64,000 bases of DNA from contig JBAOHO010000008.1 of the NCBI GenBank assembly GCA_037045355.1, positions 105,331 through 169,330 of the forward strand, read 5' to 3'. The stretch comes from Candidatus Nanopelagicales bacterium. Its GTDB lineage: Bacteria; Actinomycetota; Actinomycetes; S36-B12; GCA-2699445. Numbering within the stretch: position 1 is the stretch's first letter; each line of letters begins with the position of its first letter. Made by a program: the position numbers and the translations under genes. The notes under the pieces were generated by a model, which did not search any database, was not told where the DNA came from, and saw nothing but the letters and a program-made list of their open reading frames with translations. Positions 1-9,907 of this stretch are shown here, in pieces.

Positions 1-150
1 CTCGACCGGCGCCCTCGCAGCATCCAGCGGCTCCCCGGCACCGCGCCGGACACGAAGACCGCCGAGGCGATGTGGGACCAGGTGTGTCGACAGACCCAGA
101 CCCGTCCGAGCCTCTGACCTGGGCACTGGCTTTGCGGTCCGGGCTTGGCC

Positions 151-174
151 GACTCAGCCCGGACCGGCTGAGTC
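151..174. terminator. GC-rich hairpin between a possible edge-truncated + strand ORF and the convergent hydrolase gene
   Basis: GACTCAGCC (151-159) and GGCTGAGTC (166-174) are perfect reverse complements with a 6-nt loop, followed by TT. It lies just outside the hydrolase stop at 182. Confidence 0.3.
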
Positions 175-181
175 TTCCGGG

Positions 182-1018
182 TCAGGGGACGCGGTCGCTG
201 AAGCGATCGAGCAGGCCTTCCACCACGGCATCGGGGGCGGTCTCAGGGATCCAATGACCGATCCCCTGCAGTTGGGTGAAGATGTAGTCGCCCGTGACGT
301 AGTCGGCAGTCGCCTCGGCGCCGGCGCGGCCCAGGGCTGGGTCCCGCTCGCCCCAGATGTACGCGGTCGGGACGGTGATGCGATGCATCTTCAGCGACGG
401 TCTGATCATGTCGCGGGGCATGGCCCGGTACCAGTTCAAGGCTGCGCTCAGTGCGCCCGGCTGACGCATCCGATCGGTGTAGTGGGCCGCCTGGTGAGGA
501 GGCAGGCCCCGCATCAGGGCCCGCCATGCGGGGCCGTCGGGATCCAGGATGCGCTCGCTGATCCAGGGGAGTTGGAACATTCCCATGTACCACGAGCGCA
601 GTCCCTGGGTGCTGGTGATCATGGCATGCTTCATCGCCGCCGGATGGGGGGTCGACAGTACCGACACCGTGCGCACCCGGTCGGGGTACTCCGACGCCAC
701 GGCCCACGCGACAAACCCGCCCCAGTCGTGTCCCACGATGTGGGCGTCGTCGGCCTCGATCGCGTCCAGCAGAGCGATGGCATCAGCGGCGGTGCGGGCG
801 GATACATAGTCCTTCGCCGCCGTGGGACGGGCTGCCGGGGAGTAGCCGCGCAGGTTCGGGGCGAGCGTGCGATAGCCCTGTTCCTGGATGGGCTCGACCA
901 CGGAGTCCCATGCAGTGGAGTCCTGCGGGAACCCGTGCAGGAAGACCACGGGGTATCCGTCTTCCGGCCCTTCGTCTTTCACATCGAAGACCAGACCGTC
1001 GTGAGCATAGGTGCGCAT
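182..1018 (-). CDS. alpha/beta-fold hydrolase (epoxide hydrolase/haloalkane dehalogenase-like)
   Basis: 278-aa ORF with VVFLHGFPQDS near the N-terminus and a GHDWGG nucleophile-elbow motif. Confidence 0.8.
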   Translation of the reverse strand: MRTYAHDGLVFDVKDEGPEDGYPVVFLHGFPQDSTAWDSVVEPIQEQGYRTLAPNLRGYSPAARPTAAKDYVSARTAADAIALLDAIEADDAHIVGHDWGGFVAWAVASEYPDRVRTVSVLSTPHPAAMKHAMITSTQGLRSWYMGMFQLPWISERILDPDGPAWRALMRGLPPHQAAHYTDRMRQPGALSAALNWYRAMPRDMIRPSLKMHRITVPTAYIWGERDPALGRAGAEATADYVTGDYIFTQLQGIGHWIPETAPDAVVEGLLDRFSDRVP

Positions 1019-1186
1019 ACCCCCAACCTACTGGTGTCCGAGGATCGCTCACCCCCACCTACGTCACCCTCGGCACCGATGTCGACCACCCGCGCCCCGT
1101 TTGCTTGTTATCCGGGTGGCATCTCACGCTGCCGATGGGCAAGCCGACGATCGAGGCCTCCCGCGTGAGGGCACTAGACTTCGCCG

Positions 1187-3058
1187 GTGACGCAACGAAC
1201 TGATCTGCGCAATGTCGCGATCATCGCCCATGTCGACCACGGCAAGACCACCCTGGTCGACGCCATGTTGTGGCAATCGGGTGCGTTCCGAGAGAACGCG
1301 GACATCGCCGATCGTGTGATGGACTCCATGGACCTGGAGCGTGAGAAGGGCATCACGATCCTGGCCAAACAGACCGCCGTACGGTACTCGGGGCCGGGTG
1401 CGCCAGAGGGCGGACTCACCATCAACATCATCGACACTCCCGGTCACGCAGACTTCGGGGGGGAGGTCGAACGCGGACTCGAAATGGTCGACGGAGTCCT
1501 GCTTCTGGTCGACGCCTCCGAAGGCCCGTTGCCGCAGACACGATTCGTCCTGGGCAAGGCGCTGGCGAAGGGGCTCCCCGTCGTTCTCGTCATCAACAAG
1601 GTCGATCGCAGTGACGCCCGGATCGCGGCTGTGCTGGATGAGGTCTATGAGCTGTTCTTCGATCTCGAGGCCACCGAGGATCAGATCGACTTCCCCGTCA
1701 TCTACGCCAGCGCCAAGGCCGGCCGCGCATCCTTGGCGCAACCCGAGGACGGCGGAATGCCCGACGGTGAGAACTTGGAACCTCTGTTCACCACCTTGGT
1801 GCAGACCGTTCCCGCCCCCGAGTACGACGAGACCGGTCCGCTGCAGGCGCACGTCACCAACCTCGATGCGTCCCCGTATCTGGGTCGCCTGGCGGTCTGC
1901 CGAGTTCATGCAGGGGAAATCCGCAAGGGGCAGCAGGTCGCCTGGTGCCGGGCTGACGGGAGCATTGAGAACGCCAAGGTCACCGACCTCCTCATGACCC
2001 GGGCCCTCGAACGTGTCCCGGTCGACTCCGCGGCTGCCGGTGACATCATCGCGGTCGCGGGACTGCCCGACATCACCATCGGTGAGACCCTGGCCGACCC
2101 CGCCGATCCGCGCCCGCTGCCCGTCATCACGGTGGACGAGCCAAGCATCTCGGTGACGATCGGCACCAACACCGCACCCCTGGCCGGCAAGAGCGGCAAC
2201 AAGATGACGGCCCGGCTGGTGAAGAACCGATTGGACGCCGAGCTCATCGGAAATGTCTCGCTGCGGGTCCTCGAGACCGAGCGCCCCGACGCGTGGGAGG
2301 TCCAAGGCCGCGGTGAACTCCAACTCGCCGTCCTGGTCGAGATGATGCGTCGGGAAGGGTTCGAACTCACCGTGGGCAAGCCCGTCGTGGTCACGCGCGA
2401 GATCGATGGCACCCTGCACGAACCGATGGAGGAGCTCACTATCGATGTCCCCGAGGATTTCGTGGGGGTCGTCACTCAACTGCTCGGACTGCGCCGGGGT
2501 CGCATGAAGCAGATGCACAACCACGGCACCGGATGGGTTCGGCTGGAATACGCGGTTCCCGCCCGTGGGCTCATCGGCTTCCGCACGGAATTCCTCACCG
2601 AGACCCGAGGCACCGGGCTGATGCACCATGTGTTCGGCGGCTATGAGCCATGGCACGGGGAATTGCGGACCCGGCCCTCGGGCTCCTTGGTGGCGGACCG
2701 ACAAGGGACGGTCACCACGTATGCGTGCTTCGGGCTCCAGGAACGCGGCACCTTGTTCGTCGATCCGGGTGCCCAGGTCTACGAGGGCATGATCGTCGGT
2801 GAGAACGCTCGGGCCGATGACATGGATGTCAATCCCACCAAGGAGAAGAAGCTCACCAACATCCGATCCTCCACAGGGGACGAACTCGAACGACTGATCC
2901 CGGCCCGCCGCTTGTCGCTGGAACAGGCCCTCGAGTTCTGTCGTGAGGACGAGTGCGTCGAGGTCACTCCAGGCGAAGTTCGGCTGCGTAAGACCGAACT
3001 GGCGGCGACCGCCCGCGCCCGAGTTGCTGCCCGGCGCAAAGCCCGCGACTCCTCGTAG
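1187..3058 (+). CDS. typA: translational GTPase TypA/BipA
   Basis: 623-aa ORF with GTG start. Motifs: [17 protein letters not shown] (G1), [14 protein letters not shown] (G3), NKVD (G4), plus EF-G-like C-terminal domains. Confidence 0.95.
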   Translation: MTQRTDLRNVAIIAHVDHGKTTLVDAMLWQSGAFRENADIADRVMDSMDLEREKGITILAKQTAVRYSGPGAPEGGLTINIIDTPGHADFGGEVERGLEMVDGVLLLVDASEGPLPQTRFVLGKALAKGLPVVLVINKVDRSDARIAAVLDEVYELFFDLEATEDQIDFPVIYASAKAGRASLAQPEDGGMPDGENLEPLFTTLVQTVPAPEYDETGPLQAHVTNLDASPYLGRLAVCRVHAGEIRKGQQVAWCRADGSIENAKVTDLLMTRALERVPVDSAAAGDIIAVAGLPDITIGETLADPADPRPLPVITVDEPSISVTIGTNTAPLAGKSGNKMTARLVKNRLDAELIGNVSLRVLETERPDAWEVQGRGELQLAVLVEMMRREGFELTVGKPVVVTREIDGTLHEPMEELTIDVPEDFVGVVTQLLGLRRGRMKQMHNHGTGWVRLEYAVPARGLIGFRTEFLTETRGTGLMHHVFGGYEPWHGELRTRPSGSLVADRQGTVTTYACFGLQERGTLFVDPGAQVYEGMIVGENARADDMDVNPTKEKKLTNIRSSTGDELERLIPARRLSLEQALEFCREDECVEVTPGEVRLRKTELAATARARVAARRKARDSS

Positions 3059-3146
3059 TCCCCGCGACTCCTGGTAATCGGAGCGACTCCTGGTAGTCGG
3101 AGCGACGCCTCGCGAACGGAGCGACGCCTCGTGAACGGAGTAGGCC
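3042..3146. repeat. tandem repeat, about 5.5 x 19 nt, starting inside the last codons and stop codon of typA
   Basis: Units are cccgcgactcctcgtagtc, cccgcgactcctggtaatc, ggagcgactcctggtagtc, ggagcgacgcctcgcgaac, ggagcgacgcctcgtgaac, then partial ggagtagg. They are contiguous with no spacers. Confidence 0.85.
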
Positions 3147-3441
3147 CGGTCCTCGGTTCCCCTACGGCCTCCGCCGGAGGTTCCCAGCATGGCTGGCGCC
3201 CCCAAAGTGCGGGGATCGGGTGACACCGGGGCAATTCGGTTTCCCTGTCCCCCGAACGGACCTACGGTTACCGCACTTCGGTACCGATCCCTCACGGGAG
3301 CGCCAGACGAGGTCTCCAACGGAGTGAAGTCCTTCCTGGGTTTGTGGGGTGCCCCGGGATCGGGTGGCAGTTGTCCGCGCGGAGGCGCCTCAGCGAAGAA
3401 GTCGATCGGGTTACGGGCGAGAGGACACAGCAGTGCGCAGA

Positions 3442-5600
3442 ATGGGTACCGCGAAGCGGTCCATGGTCGTGGTCATGGGGGCTGCCGTGGTGGCGGCGTC
3501 GGCGGTGGTACCAGCGGCTGGCGCGACTTCAGGGGTTGCTGTGTCGTGGACGACGACCAGTGATTGGGGGACGGGGTATTGCGTCGACGCCCGCGTGACC
3601 ACCGATGCCGCGACGCCTGTGGTGTGGTCTGTTCCCATGGATCGTCCGGGAACTGTCACGTCGGTGTGGAACGCTCGGTTGAGTACCCAGGACGGCGGCA
3701 CTGTTGCCTCGGGGCAGACGTGGAACTCGTTGGTCTCGAGTGCTGCCCCGGCCTCGTTCGGATTGTGCTTGACGCGTACGGGTGCACCGTCTCCGACGTC
3801 GAGTCCGACGCCGACTCCGACGCCGACGCCGACGCCGACTCCGACTCCGACGTCGACCCCGACGCAGACCACCCCCGCGCCGACGCCCGACGCCGACTTC
3901 CGACTCCAACCCCGACCTCGACTCCGACGCCGACGGCCGCTCCGGTCGTTGCGAAGACGGAGGTCACGGCGCAGTGGAATACGGGGTACTGCGTCGACGT
4001 CACCGTGACCACCGCGACCGCGAGCCCGGTGAGTTGGTCGATTCCGTATGGCGTCAGCGGTCAACTGAACTCGTTGTGGAACGCCAAGACGGCCACCGTC
4101 AGCGGATCGTTGCGGTTTGTGGGGGAGTCGTGGAACCGCACGGTCACGGCGGCGACCCCGGCGGTCTTCGGGTACTGCGCCACGGGTAAGGCCCCGAGCC
4201 CGACACCGACACCGACACCGACCCCGACCCCGACCCCGACACCGAGCCTGACGCCCACCCCTACTCCAACCCCCACGCCTACCCCGACCAGTTCGGTGAC
4301 TTCCGCCCCACCTACGAGCTCGCCACCTACGAGCTCGCCGCCCACGAGTACGCCGACTCCGACAGCGCCGAGTGGACTCCCCACGCCCGTGTCATTCACC
4401 CCGACGAGTGCAGCGGACGGCGTGATCCACTTTCATCTCAATCTCCCCTTCGGATCGGGCAACGTCGAGCGGCTCACGCTCTCCACGAACCACACGGACC
4501 TGATCATTTCCAACTTCGTCGCAGGGGCGCTTCTCGGGCGGCTCGTCGAGGAGAAGGACCCGGAACTGCGCTTCAACAAGGACTACGTGTACGGCGCATT
4601 GTTCGCACAACTACTGCAGGAGAACATCGACACGGGCAACTACCAGCAGGGCACCAACTGGATCAACCCGGATGCCGTTGAACGGGGCAGACTGCTGTCC
4701 CCCGGCCAGGGCGGCCCCTACCAGATCAACGACTACTCCAAACGGCTGGAGACCGATGCCGGGATCGGGTTGGTCAACTTCGTCGCGCTGCAGAAGGGTC
4801 TTGGGTACTCAGTCGAGGATCAGGACTCCGGCGCCCAAACGGCGGCTGTCGGTCCCGAATCGCTTGACGACAAGTACTTCGGCCCGATGGCTGCCGCGTT
4901 CTTCCATCTCAACGACTTGAACCGACTCATCATGAACAACGCTGAGTCGTGGGGGCCACAGCATCAGTACTTCGCCACGTGCATGTCCAATCTGCGTGAT
5001 CCCCGATCCGACGAGTTCAGCTACAACAACCTCGACATGTTGCTGAATGCGGCTTACAACGCCGGGACGTACTCGCGCATCCTGAACGACTACGTCCGCA
5101 TCTGTGCCCGCCAGTTCGGTACTGGTCCGGAGTCGACCCAGGTCAAGTCCCAGGGCGATTACTCATTGTCCGATACCGCCTATCAGTCCGCGATCGGCAC
5201 CAGCGAGTCTGCCGGTTCCACGTTCATCCTTTATCCCCGCCAGGTGAGGTTGTATCTGGATCAGATCTACAACTCGCCGCACTTCCCGTCGGCCGCGATC
5301 ACCGGCGAGAACAGTGTGAGACTGTCCGCCCGCGATATCGGCTACGTCTTCGCCAACTCCATGGGAACCCTGGCCTACGTGGATGACCAGTCGAGGTATC
5401 GATACATCGACTGGTCCGACAGTGATGCGGCCTACCACGCCGCGCTCGACTCCTTGGAGCTGACCGAGGGATCAGTTCTCGACATCTCCAAGAAGGCTGA
5501 TCGCTCGCGGTTCTTCGCTCTGCTCGATGCTTCGATCGACAACGTCGCGAAGCGCTTGAACACAACATTCGGCCAGGTCACCCAAACGACGATCCGCTAG
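3442..5600 (+). pseudogene. secreted CBM2-PT-CBM2 protein with an unassigned ~400-aa C-terminal domain (lysozyme/SLT-like motifs), reading frame broken in the first PT linker
   Basis: The signal peptide plus first CBM2 ([19 protein letters not shown]...) is read in the frame of ORF 3349..4008. The second CBM2 ([14 protein letters not shown]...) and the C-terminal domain are read in the frame of ORF 3564..5600. Compared with the intact paralog at 5642, there are extra bases at 3890 (a) and 3902 (g), a net +2 shift. ATG at 3442 precedes the hydrophobic signal sequence. Confidence 0.65.
3477..4216 (+). repeat. copy A of a ~0.75-kb direct repeat (signal/CBM2-PT-CBM2 coding module)
   Basis: Block 3532-3776 is identical to 5723-5967, and block 3903-4216 is identical to 6170-6483. 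Translations agree in all three frames and in the antisense shadow ORFs. Only the PT linker length differs between copies. Confidence 0.9.
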
Positions 5601-5641
5601 CGCTGACCAGGCCACGCCACGGACCGCAGGAAGGACGAAAC

Positions 5642-7915
5642 ATGAGAACCGTGATCGCAGCAACTGTGGGGGCTGCCGTGGTGGCTGCTTCTGTGATCGT
5701 TCCGGTGGCGGGGGCTGCTGCGGGGGTTGCTGTGTCGTGGACGACGACCAGTGATTGGGGGACGGGGTATTGCGTCGACGCCCGCGTGACCACCGATGCC
5801 GCGACGCCTGTGGTGTGGTCTGTTCCCATGGATCGTCCGGGAACTGTCACGTCGGTGTGGAACGCTCGGTTGAGTACCCAGGACGGCGGCACTGTTGCCT
5901 CGGGGCAGACGTGGAACTCGTTGGTCTCGAGTGCTGCCCCGGCCTCGTTCGGATTGTGCTTGACGCGCACGAGTGCACCGTCTCCGACGCCGACTCCGAC
6001 GCCGACTCCGACGCCGACTCCGACGCCGACTCCGACGCCGTCTCCGACGCCGACTCCGACGCCGACGCCGACTCCGACTCCGACGCCGTCTCCGACGCCG
6101 ACGCCGACTCCGACTCCGACGTCGACCCCGACGCAGACCACCCCCGCGCCGACGCCCGCGCCGACTTCCACTCCAACCCCGACCTCGACTCCGACGCCGA
6201 CGGCCGCTCCGGTCGTTGCGAAGACGGAGGTCACGGCGCAGTGGAATACGGGGTACTGCGTCGACGTCACCGTGACCACCGCGACCGCGAGCCCGGTGAG
6301 TTGGTCGATTCCGTATGGCGTCAGCGGTCAACTGAACTCGTTGTGGAACGCCAAGACGGCCACCGTCAGCGGATCGTTGCGGTTTGTGGGGGAGTCGTGG
6401 AACCGCACGGTCACGGCGGCGACCCCGGCGGTCTTCGGGTACTGCGCCACGGGTAAGGCCCCGAGCCCGACACCGACACCGACCCCGACCCCGACACCGA
6501 CGCCGACCCCGAGTCCTTCGGTGACGTCTGCCCCGTCGGTGACTGCCACCCCCGCCCCGAGTGAGACGGCGAGTGCCACACCGACTGTCACACCGACACC
6601 CACACCGACACCCACACCGACACCCACGGTTTCGCCCTCTCCGACCGTCACACCGCCCCCGACGATCTCTCCGACGGCCCCTGCCGAGGGTCTGCGCCGC
6701 GTGGGGTACTTCACCGCGTGGGGCATCTATCAGCGCAACTTCTTCGTCAAGAATCTCGTCACGAGCGGGTCGGCAGCGAAGCTCACTCACATCAACTACG
6801 CATTCGGCAACATCAGTCCCTCCGGCGAGTGCTTCATCGTCAACCAGAGTGGCGAGGGTGACGCATGGGCGGATTACGCGCGGTCGTTCCCTGCCGACCA
6901 GAGCGTCGACGGCACCGGTGACACCTGGAATCAACCGTTGCGGGGCAACTTCAATCAGTTGCGCGAACTCAAGGCCCAGTACCCGCAGCTGAGGGTCCTC
7001 ATCAGTCTGGGTGGCTGGACGTGGTCGGACCGCTTCTCAGATGTGGCCCTGACACAGGCATCCCGCGAGAAGTTCGTCCGCTCCTGCGTCGACCTCTATC
7101 TGAAGGGCAATCTGCCCCTGTACGACGGAGCGGGTGGCGCGGGTTCCGCCTCCGGTGTGTTCGATGGAATCGACGTCGACTGGGAATACCCGGCGTCACC
7201 AGGGCTGGACCCGAGCGCCCATCGTCCCGAGGACTCGCGCAACTACACGTTGCTGATGCAGGAGTTCCGGCGTCAGATGGATGCGTTGTCCACCAGCACT
7301 GGCCGCCGCTACGACCTCACCGCTGCGGTGCCGTCGGATCCCGCCAAGATCGCGAAGTTCGAGATCGGTGAGGTGTCGCGGATCCTGGACTTCATCAACA
7401 TCATGGCCTACGACTTCCGCGGTGCTTGGGATGCGCAGGGTCCGACCAACTTCCACTCGAACCTGTTCCCCGACCCGTCATCGCCTGGGGGCGCGGACTT
7501 CAGGGCCTTCAGCGTGGCGACGGCCGTCGATGCCTGGCGAGCCGGAGGGGCGTCCGCCGACAAACTCGTGGTCGGAGTGCCGTTCTACGGGCGAGGCTGG
7601 ACCGGAGTCGCGGGGGGCGGAGACGGACTGTACCAGGCCGCTGGCCAGCCGGCTCCTGCCACGTATGAGGCGGGCTACGAAGACTTCAAGGTCCTCCGTT
7701 CGCTGCCGGGTTACACGTCCTACCGTCACCCGGTCACCAAACAGAGTTGGATCTTCAACGGCAACACGTTCTGGTCGTTCGACGACGCCCAGGTGCTGGC
7801 CGACAAGTCCGCCTACATCAAGGCGAATGGCCTCGGGGGCGCGATGATCTGGTCGTTGGACGGTGACAGCGCTGACGGCGCCCTCATGAGTGCTCTGGAC
7901 GCCGGTCTGGGCTGA
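5642..7915 (+). CDS. secreted GH18 chitinase with two N-terminal CBM2 domains and Pro/Thr linkers
   Basis: 757-aa ORF with AGGAAGGA Shine-Dalgarno before the ATG, a signal peptide, 2 x CBM2 (W..GY..V.V.N-type), long PT linkers, and the GH18 catalytic motif [11 protein letters not shown]. Confidence 0.92.
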   Translation: MRTVIAATVGAAVVAASVIVPVAGAAAGVAVSWTTTSDWGTGYCVDARVTTDAATPVVWSVPMDRPGTVTSVWNARLSTQDGGTVASGQTWNSLVSSAAPASFGLCLTRTSAPSPTPTPTPTPTPTPTPTPTPSPTPTPTPTPTPTPTPSPTPTPTPTPTSTPTQTTPAPTPAPTSTPTPTSTPTPTAAPVVAKTEVTAQWNTGYCVDVTVTTATASPVSWSIPYGVSGQLNSLWNAKTATVSGSLRFVGESWNRTVTAATPAVFGYCATGKAPSPTPTPTPTPTPTPTPSPSVTSAPSVTATPAPSETASATPTVTPTPTPTPTPTPTVSPSPTVTPPPTISPTAPAEGLRRVGYFTAWGIYQRNFFVKNLVTSGSAAKLTHINYAFGNISPSGECFIVNQSGEGDAWADYARSFPADQSVDGTGDTWNQPLRGNFNQLRELKAQYPQLRVLISLGGWTWSDRFSDVALTQASREKFVRSCVDLYLKGNLPLYDGAGGAGSASGVFDGIDVDWEYPASPGLDPSAHRPEDSRNYTLLMQEFRRQMDALSTSTGRRYDLTAAVPSDPAKIAKFEIGEVSRILDFINIMAYDFRGAWDAQGPTNFHSNLFPDPSSPGGADFRAFSVATAVDAWRAGGASADKLVVGVPFYGRGWTGVAGGGDGLYQAAGQPAPATYEAGYEDFKVLRSLPGYTSYRHPVTKQSWIFNGNTFWSFDDAQVLADKSAYIKANGLGGAMIWSLDGDSADGALMSALDAGLG
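5668..6483 (+). repeat. copy B of the ~0.75-kb direct repeat (signal/CBM2-PT-CBM2 coding module)
   Basis: See copy A. The PT linker is expanded here (5971-6169) relative to copy A. Confidence 0.9.
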
Positions 7916-7920
7916 CCTCG

Positions 7921-8418
7921 TCACCGGTCCGACCAAGGCTTCACGGCGGCCTTGTCGCGCTCGTTCTTGGCGATCGCCAACGTCGCGTAGGCCGTGAGGG
8001 CGAAGGACATGCCCAGCAAGGTCCGGGTGCTGACCGCGAGCGTCGAGTCGAACACCATGTTGTAGGACACCAGAACGAACGGGGCGAGGGCGGCGACGAA
8101 TGAGAGCCCGTAGAACAACGCGGTGACCGGGATCCCTTCCTGCCGGTCCCGCACGACCTTGCTGACACCCAAGCAGCCGTACAAGCTGAACAGTGCGGCG
8201 GTGTAGAGGAAGTAGCGCTCACCGATTGTGATCCCCGCGGCGTACCAGACGGAGTACAGGAACGTGATCGCGCCGAGCGCGAAAGCGAACCATGACACGC
8301 CCTGCCAGGCGCCGGTGGGGGGTGGGATTGTGCCGACCCGGACCGGGGCCACGTTCGGCGGGGGGAAATCCGTTGCGGGTGTTGCGGGTACGGACTCGAC
8401 GGTGTCAGTCGTGTTCAT
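7921..8418 (-). CDS. YiaA/YiaB-family inner membrane protein
   Basis: Four predicted TM helices. SKVVRDRQEGIP and AKNERD resemble the E. coli YiaA motifs KTVRDKYEGIP and QKNIRD. The ATG at 8418 overlaps the upstream stop (ATGA). Confidence 0.65.
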   Translation of the reverse strand: MNTTDTVESVPATPATDFPPPNVAPVRVGTIPPPTGAWQGVSWFAFALGAITFLYSVWYAAGITIGERYFLYTAALFSLYGCLGVSKVVRDRQEGIPVTALFYGLSFVAALAPFVLVSYNMVFDSTLAVSTRTLLGMSFALTAYATLAIAKNERDKAAVKPWSDR

Positions 8419-8651
8419 CGGGATTCCTTTCGGTGGGTGCTGCGGTCGGGGGTCATGCTGAACAGGTCGCCGGGTTGGCACTCGAGTGCCTCACACAGGG
8501 CGATGAGAGTCGTGAAGCGGATCGCTTTTGCGCGGTTGTTCTTCAGGATGGACAGGTTCACGTGCGTGACGCCCACGCGCTGCGACAACTCCATCACCGT
8601 CATGTGGCGCTCGGCCAACAGGTCGTCGAGGTGGCAGATGATCTCGGGCAT
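8415..8651 (-). CDS. small XRE/Cro-type HTH transcriptional regulator (YozG-like)
   Basis: 78 aa from the ATG at 8651 (MPEIICHLDDLLAERHMTVMELSQRVGVTHVNLSILKNNRAKAIRFTTL...). This is the typical short HTH found downstream of DUF2975 genes. Confidence 0.8.
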   Translation of the reverse strand: MPEIICHLDDLLAERHMTVMELSQRVGVTHVNLSILKNNRAKAIRFTTLIALCEALECQPGDLFSMTPDRSTHRKESR

Positions 8652-8653
8652 CC

Positions 8654-9295
8654 TCAGATCAGTCCCTCGGTGTCTTCCACGATTCGCCGACCCGAGCGGA
8701 ACGCCCCGGCGAGCACCAGTGTGACCGCGGCCAGCGCGATGGGGATCAAGGAGTAGTAGGGGATGACGGCGATATCCGTCCCGGGTGCCGCGACGCTGGT
8801 CAGCCATCGAGCGGTCACATAGTTCACGGTGTCAGCGCCGGCCGAGGCCACCAGGATTGCGAGGGCGATCTGGGTGAAGCGTCGTGCGTGCGATGGATGG
8901 AACGGGTCACCCGCCGCGATATTGGCGAGGATCCGCGCCAAGAGGTAGGCGATGCTCGCCAACCCCAGCAACCAGATCGACGTTCCCAGATCGCTCAGCA
9001 GACGCAGAGTCAGCGGGACTGAGGACCCGTCCGGCAGTCGGTCGACGAACAGGTTGACGGTCAGCCCATCGTCACCTGTGGGCCGGATCTGCTGGCCGTC
9101 GGGCAGGGGGACGGTCATCAAGGCAGTCTCCGATGCCGCTGGTGCCAGGTTCACGGTCGCGACGGCACCGGGCTCGGTGATCTGATGAATGGGCAGTGCG
9201 ATCGCGATGATGGTGAGCACCGCTGAGCCCACGAGCAGCAGCGCCCCCAACGGCGATGCCAGCCGGGACGTGTCGGATGCGGTGCTGGATGTCAT
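8654..9295 (-). CDS. DUF2975-like membrane protein
   Basis: 213 aa from the ATG at 9295, with 4 TM segments and a C-terminal AFRSGRRIVEDTEGLI tail like DUF2975. Its stop lies 2 nt before the HTH gene start. Confidence 0.6.
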   Translation of the reverse strand: MTSSTASDTSRLASPLGALLLVGSAVLTIIAIALPIHQITEPGAVATVNLAPAASETALMTVPLPDGQQIRPTGDDGLTVNLFVDRLPDGSSVPLTLRLLSDLGTSIWLLGLASIAYLLARILANIAAGDPFHPSHARRFTQIALAILVASAGADTVNYVTARWLTSVAAPGTDIAVIPYYSLIPIALAAVTLVLAGAFRSGRRIVEDTEGLI

Positions 9296-9322
9296 CGCAG
9301 CGGCCTCCCTGCATCGGGGTTT

Positions 9323-9357
9323 CTTATCGAAAAACAATAACATCGAATATCGATAAG
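9323..9357. promoter_or_regulatory. AT-rich promoter/operator candidate upstream of the DUF2975-HTH-YiaAB operon
   Basis: This is one of the most AT-rich stretches I noticed in the window. CTTATCGA (9323-9330) and TCGATAAG (9350-9357) form a perfect 8-bp inverted repeat with a 19-nt spacer. Confidence 0.4.
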
Positions 9358-9442
9358 TCTTGGGGCGTCACCCGAATGGCGCTGCAGGGACCTCGCATCC
9401 TGCTCCCAGCCGATTCCCAGGCTGACAGGGCACGGTGGCCCC

Positions 9443-9907
9443 ATGAATGACGAGCAGTGGCCCGGCCGGGCCGACCATCCGACGGAACCGATCGAGCAGC
9501 CAGGTGACGCTCCCCCGCCCGGGTTGCACAGCGACGCGGATTCGGAGCCAGGGGTGAGTGCGGACACAGTCGGAGAGGACTGGCAGCAGCGCTACGAGAC
9601 CCAGGCCAAGCGCACCAAGATCTTCATGGCCACGACTGTCGCTGCTGCGGCGGCCCTGGTGGGCAGCCTGTTCTTCGCCGCCGCTCAGGCGGGGAACTCC
9701 GGAGCCGATCCTTCCCGGTTCGGCAATCCTGGTTTGGGCCGGGGGACGGGCCCTGGAGCCGGTCCTGGGATGGGACGCGGTCCGTCGGATGGTGGACCGC
9801 CGGGAATGGGCCATCACGGAGGGTTCGACAACGAGGCGGACTTCGACGACGCGGACTTCGACGACGCGGGCCTCGATGATGACTCGGACCCGGATTACAG
9901 CGGCTGA
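9443..9907 (+). CDS. hypothetical single-pass membrane protein with Gly-rich and acidic low-complexity tail
   Basis: 154-aa ORF with one TM (IFMATTVAAAAALVGSLFFAAA) and a GPG/GMG-rich region followed by a DFDDADFDD tail. No family recognised. Confidence 0.45.
   Translation: MNDEQWPGRADHPTEPIEQPGDAPPPGLHSDADSEPGVSADTVGEDWQQRYETQAKRTKIFMATTVAAAAALVGSLFFAAAQAGNSGADPSRFGNPGLGRGTGPGAGPGMGRGPSDGGPPGMGHHGGFDNEADFDDADFDDAGLDDDSDPDYSG

Noticed and set aside
1-117. Open reading frame running in from the left edge (…TAEAMWDQVCRQTQTRPSL*)
   Set aside because: It is only 38 codons with no recognisable motif, so it cannot be supported as a gene end.
1124-3319. 731-aa ORF antisense to typA
   Set aside because: It is a shadow ORF typical of high-G+C DNA, with no motifs and Arg/Gly/Pro-rich composition. 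The opposite strand encodes an unambiguous TypA.
5597-6934. 445-aa Arg-rich ORF (and related 3411..4064, 5578..6279, 5847..6176) antisense to the CBM2/PT-linker region
   Set aside because: These are mirror images of the Pro/Thr linker codons (ACG/CCG read as CGT/CGG), purely low-complexity. The sense strand has clear CBM2 and GH18 motifs.
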